Shown piece after piece: positions 1-7,534 of a stretch of DNA of 33,305 nt. This DNA comes from an archaeon. GTDB lineage: Archaea > Micrarchaeota > Micrarchaeia > Norongarragalinales > UBA97. The notes under the pieces are model-generated. The model was not told where the DNA came from. It made no database searches and saw nothing but the letters and a program-made list of their open reading frames with translations. Each line of letters opens with the position of its first letter. Position 1 is the first letter of the stretch. Location of the stretch: contig JAGVFW010000001.1 in assembly GCA_020057405.1 (NCBI GenBank), positions 1-33,305 on the forward strand, given 5' to 3'. The position numbers and the translations under genes were made by a program.

Positions 1-65
1 AAACAGTCTCGCGCTACGTGCGCGAGGATAACGATCCCCGCCAGCGCAAGCTGGCGGCATACTAA
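1..65 (+). CDS. 3' end of a gene truncated by the window edge; ends in a PIP-box-like motif
   Basis: Frame 3 is open from the edge: TVSRYVREDNDPRQRKLAAY, stop TAA at 63-65. QRKLAAY fits Q-x-x-L-x-x-aromatic. Confidence 0.5.
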   Translation, partial: TVSRYVREDNDPRQRKLAAY

Positions 66-70
66 GAAAA

Positions 71-90
71 CTGAGGCCTTTAGGCCTCAG
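71..90. terminator. Perfect inverted repeat just after a stop codon (possible terminator or protein-binding palindrome)
   Basis: CTGAGGCCT-TT-AGGCCTCAG, 9-bp arms. Confidence 0.35.
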
Positions 91-100
91 ATATTTATAC

Positions 101-388
101 TTGAAGAAAATAAAACTCGCCGAATTGAACCGCGTCTTTTCCTCATCGCCAGAAAAAACACGGCCCATACTGCAAAAAATGCTGAAAAAAGCCGCTCCGG
201 GCGGAAAGCTCCTGCTCACTTGTGCAGGTAAGGGAAAAGACGTCGTGCTTGAAGCTCTTGAGGGCATAGGCTTTCAAAATGTCCAAGTCACTCGAGTGCC
301 AAAGGAAATGCAGTGGACCTATTGGGGCAAAAAACTCGCCAAAAAACACGAAATCTACCTAATCCGCGCCCAAAAACCGCTTGCATAA
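101..388 (+). pseudogene. C-terminal half of a class I SAM-dependent methyltransferase-like protein (fragment)
   Basis: MLKKAAPGGKLLLT, LEGIGFQNVQV and IYLIRAQK match the later strands of the Rossmann MTase fold. The SAM-binding motif I is absent, and there is an in-frame TAA upstream at 29-31. Confidence 0.55.
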
Positions 389-560
389 CGCCGTGACGAA
401 CTGCCCGGCCTTTCGGTTACGAGCCATAACAAACGCATTGCACGCTTCCGCACGGCAAACTTACTCTCCCGAGTCTCTATAGCGCAGCGGCGATATTTGC
501 GTGCGACTTACCCGACCGCGCGCAAGGCTTAAATCGGGGTTACTGCATACTAGCCTGCAC

Positions 561-896
561 GTGGACCGAATCGAGCTTGACCGGCGAAAGACGACGATGA
601 AGCGCCTGTCGGTTGGCGAACTTGCACAGCACTTGCACGAGTCGGAGCCCGACGCACGGCAACGCGCTAGGCAGATTGCCGCCGAAATGGCCGAATCGGG
701 CAACATTGACCTAGCGCAGCATAACACTGCAGTAATTAGAAACGCCATACGCGGCTTTGAGAACAACTGGAAGGAAATATTTCCCTCAAGCGGCGGCTAC
801 GGCGCCGTAATGCACGAGCTAATTCGGATGAATGCAGTAAAGAAGCTCCGCGAGCCTGACGCGCCGCAGAAAAAGAAGAAGCGCTACGAAATTTAG
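561..896 (+). CDS. Hypothetical helical protein with Lys-rich tail
   Basis: ORF 501..896. TATA-like CTTAAAT at about 528-534 suggests a start at GTG 561 (alternative ATG 597). No recognisable family. Confidence 0.55.
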   Translation: MDRIELDRRKTTMKRLSVGELAQHLHESEPDARQRARQIAAEMAESGNIDLAQHNTAVIRNAIRGFENNWKEIFPSSGGYGAVMHELIRMNAVKKLREPDAPQKKKKRYEI

Positions 897-974
897 GCGT
901 TATTCTTTCTCCGGGTTCATTTTAGTTAGGTGGCCGATGGTTTTGACTCTTGTTTTGAAAAGAAGGCTTTCAGT

Positions 975-1535
975 TTATAGTGCTTTCTTATCCAGTTGTT
1001 TTCGCAATCCTAGCGTTCCTCGGTGAATCTGGCCCTTAACCGTATCTAATTTTCTGTTTAGTGTGTTTGCTATTTCCTGTTGTGACATCCCTTCGAGATG
1101 GTGCATGACGAACGGAATCCGATAGATATCGGGCAACGACTCAATTGCCGCATGCACTCTGGCGTATCTTTCTTTTTGCAGCGCCAGCTCGAGCGGACTT
1201 TCTCCCTCATCAGGTTTGTTTTCGTCGAGTTCTTCGTACCTCCTTCTCGTTTCCTTCTTTGCAATGTCGATAGCGGCGTTGCGGGCAATTTTGAACATCC
1301 AGACTCTTACTGTAGACTGGCCGTCAAAGCTGTTGGCATGCTCAATTGCGCGCACCTTAGTTTCCTGAAGGACGTCTTCGGCGTGCTCTATCCTTCCAGT
1401 AATCTTGAGGCCTAAACGGTAAACCGGGCCGTTAATTTCCTCGAAGACCGCGTCCCAGTGTTCGGGTTTCTTAGTTTTCCTTGCTTTTAGGAACTTTTGG
1501 TCAAGCGAGGTGTGCGCAAACGTTTCCGGAATCAT
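975..1535 (-). CDS. ECF-type (group 4) RNA polymerase sigma-70 factor homologue
   Basis: Region 2: VYRLGLKITGRIEHAEDVLQET and FDGQSTVRVWMFKIARNAAID. Region 4: AIESLPDIYRIPFVMHHLEGMSQQEIANTLNRKLDTVKGQIHRG. No region 1 or 3. ATG 1535 preferred over TTG 1559 because a TATA-like box lies about 27 nt upstream. Confidence 0.93.
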   Translation of the reverse strand: MIPETFAHTSLDQKFLKARKTKKPEHWDAVFEEINGPVYRLGLKITGRIEHAEDVLQETKVRAIEHANSFDGQSTVRVWMFKIARNAAIDIAKKETRRRYEELDENKPDEGESPLELALQKERYARVHAAIESLPDIYRIPFVMHHLEGMSQQEIANTLNRKLDTVKGQIHRGTLGLRKQLDKKAL

Positions 1536-1560
1536 TTCAACCGTTCTTTCAGTCCGCAAT

Positions 1561-1600
1561 CTTAAAATAGTCTACTGCGCGCCGCAGAAACATTTTTACT
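1561..1600. promoter_or_regulatory. Divergent archaeal TATA-like boxes for the sigma gene and the methyltransferase fragment
   Basis: Minus strand CTATTTTAAG (1570-1561) is about 27 nt before ATG 1535. Plus strand GAAACATTTTTACT (1587-1600) is about 25 nt before ATG 1623. Confidence 0.5.
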
Positions 1601-1622
1601 CTCATTTCTTCTTTTCTAGTTC

Positions 1623-1799
1623 ATGCCGCGCATGATGGTGCACTTGGGAAACGCCGGTAAAGACCGGTCGGCAGAGAAGATTGCAGACTACGCGCTGCGA
1701 TTTCCGGAAATAAATTTCGTCGGCATTGACGAAAAGAGCCTGCGTTTGGACGTGCCTTAGCCTGTTTGCGCACTGCCTTGGACGCTGAAGCAGGTTTAG
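1623..1799 (+). pseudogene. N-terminal fragment of a class I SAM methyltransferase-like protein with in-frame stops (absent from the ORF track)
   Basis: Hand translation: MPRMMVHLGNAGKDRSAEKIADYALRFPEINFVGIDEKSLRLDVP*PVCALPWTLKQV*. Motif I-like VHLG and motif II-like A.RFPEINFVGID. TAG stops at 1758-1760 and 1797-1799. Confidence 0.6.
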
Positions 1800-1825
1800 G
1801 CGGTTTTCCGCCTCTCGGATTCATT

Positions 1826-2572
1826 TCAGTCAGACCCTGAAATGCTTTCGTTCTTGTCGCAGCCTTCAACATTCAGGCACCTTCCTGCAGTGTAGTTGAT
1901 TGCGATTGTCTTGTTTGCGCACTCGCTTTTGCTGCAGACTTGCGCGGTGAAGTTGGAGAGCACGTTGCCGCGCGTGTAGCAGCCGCTCGCGGAAGCAGTG
2001 ACTTTAGTCTCGCCAAAGCCGTCGTGCGTGAGCTGGACCGAGGCGGGGTTAAACGACCCGCCTAGCTTGCCGCCCCAGCTTGCAAAAAACTGCAGATGGC
2101 CGGAGTCAGGACCGTTTCGCACGTTGAGGGTCACGGTATTCGCCTCGCAAGGCGAGATGAACGCGATTTTGGGCGAACCCGAGAGCGTGAAATTCATTCC
2201 CGGCGGTATTGGCTTGCACGCCCCATCAAGGCAGCCGTTGTCGCAATCCATCTGCTCGGTTTTCGCCTCGACACCGTCGCAGTAGTACTCGAGTACGCGT
2301 TCGCCAAGGCAGGTGTCGGCAAGCGTCTTTTTACCCTCCTCGGTTACTGCCGTTACCGTGCCTGCGACAGCCGCGTTCTTGCCCCCGTCGCTGTCGGCGC
2401 AGGAGCCAATGACCGGAGTTGCCGTAGGAACGGCAGTGGTTCTGGCGGTTGGAATTGGAGTGGCTCCCTCAGATGGCCCCGGAATAGTGTCGGGAGCCGC
2501 GGTCGCCTGCGGCGCTTGTGAGACGCATCCCGCAAGCAGGAGGGCCAAGAATGCAATTGCAGCAAGTTTCAT
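1826..2572 (-). CDS. Secreted lipoprotein with P/T-rich linker, Cys-rich CxDSDGG module and Ig-like C-terminal domain
   Basis: MKLAAIAFLALLLAGC lipobox (ATG 2572). CADSDGGKN...DTC...VLEYYC...CDNGCLDGAC module is typical of DPANN surface proteins. Confidence 0.8.
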   Translation of the reverse strand: MKLAAIAFLALLLAGCVSQAPQATAAPDTIPGPSEGATPIPTARTTAVPTATPVIGSCADSDGGKNAAVAGTVTAVTEEGKKTLADTCLGERVLEYYCDGVEAKTEQMDCDNGCLDGACKPIPPGMNFTLSGSPKIAFISPCEANTVTLNVRNGPDSGHLQFFASWGGKLGGSFNPASVQLTHDGFGETKVTASASGCYTRGNVLSNFTAQVCSKSECANKTIAINYTAGRCLNVEGCDKNESISGSD

Positions 2573-2644
2573 GTGCCATTCAATTTCTGCCGCCAAAACT
2601 TAAAAAGCGGCTGTTTTAAATTTCCGAGACGAGTGCTTTGTGCG

Positions 2645-3067
2645 ATGAACTTCAAGTACTGGCAATGGGAGAGCCACGAGTACGGCGAGAAGAAGAAAGC
2701 GCCGTCAGTAAAAGAGCTAGCGTTCGTTTTGGAGAACAACGACACTCACGCCTACCGCCTTGCGCGCGTCTTGTGTATAGTGAAGAGAAAGGGCGCCGTG
2801 CAGCTAAAGGAAATGCCTGGCGACCTGCCAAAGGCAACTTGGCACCGCTATCTCGAGGGCGCCTACCGCCTTGGACTCCTCGACAAGAAGGACAACACTT
2901 ATGTGAAGATAAACCGCTTTTCAAACCCGCTCAAGAACTTCGCCGACTACTACGAGAAGTGGCTTTCGCGGGAAGACGCTGAAACCGAGGAGGAGCTGCG
3001 GCTGCTGTTCCCGAATGCGGAAAAAGGAAAGTACGCCCGCGGCGGGGCAGTTGAAGCACCCAAATAG
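2645..3067 (+). CDS. Winged helix-turn-helix protein, putative transcriptional regulator
   Basis: GAVQLKEM..DLPKATWHRYLEGAYRLGLLDKKDNTY wHTH pattern. TTTTAAA at 2614-2620 precedes ATG 2645. Confidence 0.65.
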   Translation: MNFKYWQWESHEYGEKKKAPSVKELAFVLENNDTHAYRLARVLCIVKRKGAVQLKEMPGDLPKATWHRYLEGAYRLGLLDKKDNTYVKINRFSNPLKNFADYYEKWLSREDAETEEELRLLFPNAEKGKYARGGAVEAPK

Positions 3068-3130
3068 GCTGAAAAAACAGTTCGGACTTGAGCCGGCCCC
3101 CTTTTAATTTTTTCTCCCCTAGTGATTCCT

Positions 3131-4006
3131 ATGCCCGAAGAAATGCTCGTCTTCTACGCCCGCCTGCCTGAGCAGGAAATCGCAATTGACCTCCGCAGCC
3201 CCTCGGCCCAAGAGCTGGCCGAAGCCGCTTTTACTGCCCTTGAAGCTAGCCGCCAGGCGGCGCTGGAGTACTCTCCCGTTGACTTGCAGGCAGTGCGCAA
3301 GCTTGCCGGCAGCGGCAGCCTCTCAATAGCGCAGCTGTCGGCCCAACTCTCTCAACTTAAGCAGTCGGCCCTGGAGCAATCGCTCCTGCCCCTTGTCAAG
3401 GCCGCGCCTGCCTCCGACGCGATTGCCAACCCGCTGGCCAAAACGCCCAAGGGCGAGCCAGTAGAGTTTGCCGTAAGCGCCTACCTGGGCGCCCTCTTCG
3501 ATAGGGCCATGCCCCCCGAGCCGCTTTCGTGGCAAAAGCCCGGGAAGGAAAAGCGGGAAGTGCGATTAGTCGCCAACGCCCGCGGCTGGCAGTCGGTAAA
3601 GAAAGTGGAATTTGCGGGAAGCGAGCGCAAGGAAGTGTGCGCGGCGTCCGCTACCATTTTCGAGCGCGTCAAGTCAAAGCTTCCTGACCTGCTTCTTGGC
3701 GAAAAGGCGGAAGAATTTCAATCCTTGCTCGACGCGTTTGTGGCAAAATACCCCGAGCGCAAGAGCTTCGGCAGGCTGCCGGAAATATTGTCCGCGGCAG
3801 AAAAAGAGTTTCCCAAGCTTGAGGCCATCGCAGGTGGAGACAAGCGACTTGAGTCGCGCTTGCGGAAGCTCTTCCTTTACGCGTGCTTTGCGCGGGCGGG
3901 CTTCACCCCGTATCCCAGTTCCGAAACCGTCGGACGCGTGTGGCCTGAACTCAAGATCCCGAAGCCGCGCGGCAACTTTGGCGGCAAGAAAAAGAAGAAA
4001 GCCTAA
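3131..4006 (+). CDS. Conserved archaeal hypothetical protein, DUF2666-like
   Basis: RLVANARGWQSVKK and the C-terminal PELKIPKPRG plus Lys tail resemble DUF2666 as I recall it. TATA-like CTTTTAAT at 3101-3108. Confidence 0.55.
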   Translation: MPEEMLVFYARLPEQEIAIDLRSPSAQELAEAAFTALEASRQAALEYSPVDLQAVRKLAGSGSLSIAQLSAQLSQLKQSALEQSLLPLVKAAPASDAIANPLAKTPKGEPVEFAVSAYLGALFDRAMPPEPLSWQKPGKEKREVRLVANARGWQSVKKVEFAGSERKEVCAASATIFERVKSKLPDLLLGEKAEEFQSLLDAFVAKYPERKSFGRLPEILSAAEKEFPKLEAIAGGDKRLESRLRKLFLYACFARAGFTPYPSSETVGRVWPELKIPKPRGNFGGKKKKKA

Positions 4007-4046
4007 AAACAGAAACGGTTAAGAACGCCGGTTGAGTGCCTTTCTC

Positions 4047-4493
4047 ATGGCAACTGACCTATATTTCATCTCGCAGCTTTTACTCGCTTCAGCACTCGGC
4101 GCACTCCTTGGCTGGGAACGTGAGCGCCGGGGCAGGCCAGCCGGCATCCGCACGCACTTGCTCGTCACCGTCTCTGCAGCGCTCTTCGCCATCATCGGCA
4201 TCACTTTTGAGCCAAGCGCCTCGATGCGCGTGGCGGCCAACATCGTCGTTGGAGTAGGCTTTCTTGGCGCGGGCATGATAATCCGCGACGAGGGCGGAGT
4301 CCACGGCCTGACTACTGCCGCAAGCATCTGGGGCGCAGCGGCAGTCGGCGTCGCAGTCGCAGTAGGCTTGACTAACCTGGCCCTGGTCGCAACCGCAATC
4401 ATGTTCGCCGCACCATTCATCCCCCACGTGCACCCCGACCACGCCGATCCCGTGCACCACCACGGGGCAACCCGCCGCAAGCGCGGTTTATAA
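4047..4493 (+). CDS. MgtC/SapB family membrane protein
   Basis: GALLGWERE, PAGIRTHLLV, RVAANIVVGVGFLGAG and VHGLTTAASIW are all MgtC hallmark motifs. His-rich tail; no C-terminal ACT domain. Confidence 0.92.
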   Translation: MATDLYFISQLLLASALGALLGWERERRGRPAGIRTHLLVTVSAALFAIIGITFEPSASMRVAANIVVGVGFLGAGMIIRDEGGVHGLTTAASIWGAAAVGVAVAVGLTNLALVATAIMFAAPFIPHVHPDHADPVHHHGATRRKRGL

Positions 4494-4517
4494 GCCGTTT
4501 TTGTGCCTATTTCTTTC

Positions 4518-5720
4518 ATGCCGACCTTCTCGCACTCACGCCTGTCCACTTTTGAGAACTGCCCGCAGCAGTACAAGTTCAAGTACGTCGATAAAATCAA
4601 GATAGAGCCCTACTTTCAGACGGTCGAGGCATTCATGGGCAAGCGCGTGCACGAGACGCTTGAAAAACTCTACCGCGACGTCTCAATGGGCCGCGAAGTG
4701 AGCAAGGCCGGACTACTCCTAGACTACGCCGACGACTGGGAAGAAAAATGGACTGACGACGTCAAGATAGTCAAGTCCGGCTATACGGGCGACGACTACA
4801 AGCGCGTGGGCGCAAAATGCCTTGAAAACTACTACGACGCCAACGCCCCCTTCGATAAAGACGTCACACTCGAGCTTGAGAAAAAAGTTCTAGTACACCT
4901 CGGGGGCGACTATTCCATCAACGGCGTCATCGACAGGCTTTCGCAAAAGGGGACGACTTACCAGGTGCACGACTACAAGACAAGCAGCCACCTCCCATCC
5001 CAAGCAGAGGTTGACGCGGACCGCCAGCTCGGATTCTACCAGATTGCAGTGCACGCGCTTTGGAAGGACGCGGGTGACGTCGAGCTCGTCTGGCACTACC
5101 TGCGTTTTGGAAAAGACTTGCACTCGAAAAAAAGCCACGCCGACCTAGAGGAACTGCGCATCAAGGCAGTGGCCCTGATGAAGGAAATAGGGGAAAAGGA
5201 CGGGGACGACTTTGCGCCCAAGGTAAGTGCGCTTTGCAGCTGGTGCGAATACAAGCCAATGTGCCCCGCATGGGCGCACTTGGAAAAAACAAGCCTCCTG
5301 CCGAAAAACGAGTTCCTCAACGAGCCAGGAGTCAAGCTTGTTAACGAGTTTGCTTACGCAAAAGAAGAGCAGCACGCGGCCGAGGAAAAACTTGAGAAAA
5401 TCGAGGCCGCCATCTTAGACTACTCCAAGAAGTCGGGCGCAAGCGTCATCCGCGGCAGCGACAAGAAAATCACGGTCACGCACACTCACCACCTCTCGTT
5501 TCCCGCAAAGCAGTCCGCCGACCGAACGCGCCTTGAGGCGCTGCTAAAGGAAAAGAACTTGTGGGACGAGGCAAGCACGCTAGACTCAACCGCACTCCAA
5601 GCGCTTCTAGAAGAAAAGAAAATTTCCGCCGCGACGGCAAAGGAAATACTGGCCTTGGCAAAAGACTCTGAGCGAACTAGCGTGCGGCTCTCCAAACTCC
5701 GCGACGAAGAAACCGACTAA
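4518..5720 (+). CDS. PD-(D/E)XK nuclease of the RecB/AddB/Cas4-like type with 4-Cys Fe-S staple and C-terminal coiled domain
   Basis: FSHSRLSTFENCP, GKRVHETLE, E..GVIDRL..VHDYKT, QLGFY, CSWCEYKPMCP. TTTATAAG at about 4488-4494. Confidence 0.9.
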   Translation: MPTFSHSRLSTFENCPQQYKFKYVDKIKIEPYFQTVEAFMGKRVHETLEKLYRDVSMGREVSKAGLLLDYADDWEEKWTDDVKIVKSGYTGDDYKRVGAKCLENYYDANAPFDKDVTLELEKKVLVHLGGDYSINGVIDRLSQKGTTYQVHDYKTSSHLPSQAEVDADRQLGFYQIAVHALWKDAGDVELVWHYLRFGKDLHSKKSHADLEELRIKAVALMKEIGEKDGDDFAPKVSALCSWCEYKPMCPAWAHLEKTSLLPKNEFLNEPGVKLVNEFAYAKEEQHAAEEKLEKIEAAILDYSKKSGASVIRGSDKKITVTHTHHLSFPAKQSADRTRLEALLKEKNLWDEASTLDSTALQALLEEKKISAATAKEILALAKDSERTSVRLSKLRDEETD

Positions 5721-5739
5721 ACCCGCTGGCTGACTCTAG

Positions 5740-5928
5740 TCAGTGGTGGCCGTGCGGGTCTTCCGCCTTTACTACGAGCGGCCTTATCGTAATCAACGCA
5801 ATCGCCACCATCGCGGCCATAACTGCGTTCTCGTAGTTTGAATAAACTGCCGAGGCGATTGCGATTACTCCGCAAAGCGCGGCAAACCCGTCGTAGAGGA
5901 AAAACCGGTGCTGTTCGTCGTAAGACAT
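5740..5928 (-). CDS. Small two-transmembrane protein with His-rich tail
   Basis: MSYDEQHRFFLYDGFAALCGVIAIASAVYSNYENAVMAAMVAIALITIRPLVVKAEDPHGHH. Two hydrophobic segments; fills the gap between genes. Confidence 0.6.
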   Translation of the reverse strand: MSYDEQHRFFLYDGFAALCGVIAIASAVYSNYENAVMAAMVAIALITIRPLVVKAEDPHGHH

Positions 5929-5980
5929 GAAGAAAGTTAGCCGGCGCAAGCAATTTATTTGGCTGCGGCGAAGGCTTGTT

Positions 5981-7534
5981 GTGGAACGAGAGCAACTTGA
6001 GGAACGAGAGCAGCGGGAGAAACTGCGCCAGCAAAGGCGCCAGCGCTACCGCGAGCTTCGCGAAAAGAAGCTTGGCCTCTCGCAAATTTTCAGGCAAATA
6101 AGGCGCGAGGAATTTCAAGCGCTCCACAGGGAAAGCGGCGAGTGGATCAGCATCACCGAAGCGGCAAGGCGGGCGAATGCCAAGCTGGAAGAAAATGGCC
6201 TATCCCCAGTTGACCCTAAGTTCCTCTGGCAGCACATAGTAAAGGAAGCAAAATACCCGGATTTTGAGGTTCGTCCCGGAAATGATTTCAAAGACGAGGC
6301 TCGCGGCAAGACAAGAAAAGAGCGCGCCAAGCTGCAGCAATCGAATATTGAACACGTCGGCAACGCGAATTTCGTGCACGAGAGCATCGCCGGAGCGATA
6401 GTTCGCCATTACGTTGAGAAAGAAAAGCGCGAAAAGACAATCAACGAGCACTTTTACTCTAGCGAAGAGGCCGCGCGGGAAGTCGGGCTAGGCTCAAAGC
6501 AGGCGCTCATTCCGCATCTTAAAAACGGTTTTCCGCACTCCCGTGCAGAGCTCGGCGGATTTAAGGTTTATCTAGTGCCAAAGCAGTTTAGCGACGGGGA
6601 GGGCAAGGTCATTCCGTTAAAGCAGGCGTTTGCGAACTGGCGCGAGACAAAAAGCATTTGGCCCAAGCCGGAGGAAAAGCAGGAGCCAACTCCTCAAGCG
6701 CCGCAAGTGCCAGCGCCCATAATTTTGCCAAAGCCGGAGGAACCGAGGCTGGGGACTAAGTTGAACTTACTAGCGCCTAAAGTTGTAATCCGCCCTCCAG
6801 AGCCAGCCCAGCCTCCAGCGCCGCAAGTTCCTTCAGTGAAGCAGCAAGAGCCTCCAGCGCCGAAGGAAGCGTCGGCGGATCCGCAGCGGAAATACAAGCC
6901 AGGCGAATGGCTGTTTTACCAGCAGCTACGGCTTATTTCGGGGGACAGGACTCCCCAGCAGTTGGCAGACGAGCTTAAGGCGCATTACGGCATTGAATTT
7001 GGGCCAACGCGAGTGGACGGCAGCCAGTTCATCGCCTTCTTCGAAGCCCACAAGGGGTTCAACGCGGATTTTATCAATCAAGTCCGGGAAAAAATCAATC
7101 CCGGCGTGACGTTCCCACTCTATCCTGCAGCATTAGAGCACGAAGGAAGAATCGTTTCGCTAAGCTGGCTGGTGAAGCGACTTCCATCAAGCACTCCTCA
7201 AATGCCAGTTGTTACCGCGCGCAAGACGGATTACTCGAGTTGGATACCTGGCGTGATTGCAATTGAACATACGCACAAAAACGTGGCCGAAGCCGAGAAA
7301 ATGCTTGAAGAAGCAGGCCTGCACAAAACCCACGCGGTTGTCGTTGACCAAGATGCGTACCTGACCATGCTCAGTCGACGCATTGAACGTCCTGAGAAGC
7401 TTGAAGAAGCGTTTGAACGCGCGGCCGGCCATTACGTCGTCTTCAAGCCAAACCTCGAGCAGAAGGCTAAGACGACGACCATTCACGAGTTTATCTTAGG
7501 CCGCAAGATCTCTTCGATGGAAGACGATGACTAG
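5981..7534 (+). CDS. Large hypothetical protein with HTH-like segments and a Pro-rich repeat linker
   Basis: Long ORF (5927..7534); GTG 5981 preferred from TATA spacing. WISITEAARRA and FYSSEEAAREVGL resemble excisionase/MerR-type HTH starts. PKPEE and APQVP repeats. Confidence 0.7.
   Translation: MEREQLEEREQREKLRQQRRQRYRELREKKLGLSQIFRQIRREEFQALHRESGEWISITEAARRANAKLEENGLSPVDPKFLWQHIVKEAKYPDFEVRPGNDFKDEARGKTRKERAKLQQSNIEHVGNANFVHESIAGAIVRHYVEKEKREKTINEHFYSSEEAAREVGLGSKQALIPHLKNGFPHSRAELGGFKVYLVPKQFSDGEGKVIPLKQAFANWRETKSIWPKPEEKQEPTPQAPQVPAPIILPKPEEPRLGTKLNLLAPKVVIRPPEPAQPPAPQVPSVKQQEPPAPKEASADPQRKYKPGEWLFYQQLRLISGDRTPQQLADELKAHYGIEFGPTRVDGSQFIAFFEAHKGFNADFINQVREKINPGVTFPLYPAALEHEGRIVSLSWLVKRLPSSTPQMPVVTARKTDYSSWIPGVIAIEHTHKNVAEAEKMLEEAGLHKTHAVVVDQDAYLTMLSRRIERPEKLEEAFERAAGHYVVFKPNLEQKAKTTTIHEFILGRKISSMEDDD

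Noticed and set aside
1596-1624. Possible ECF autoregulatory promoter on the minus strand (GAACTA-N16-AGTAA)
   Set aside because: The -10 match is weak and lies in a purine-rich tract; the archaeal TATA spacing explains the region equally well.
1758-1799. Two in-frame TAG codons suggesting amber read-through or recoding
   Set aside because: TAG is a normal stop for pepA and rps27e here, and no full-length MTase is restored by read-through; decay is simpler.
1621-1872. 83-aa minus-strand ORF as a frameshifted continuation of the lipoprotein
   Set aside because: No protein-like motifs; the plus strand here carries the recognisable methyltransferase fragment.
4518-5720. Cas4 / CRISPR-Cas locus
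   Set aside because: No repeat-spacer array or other cas gene seen in the window.
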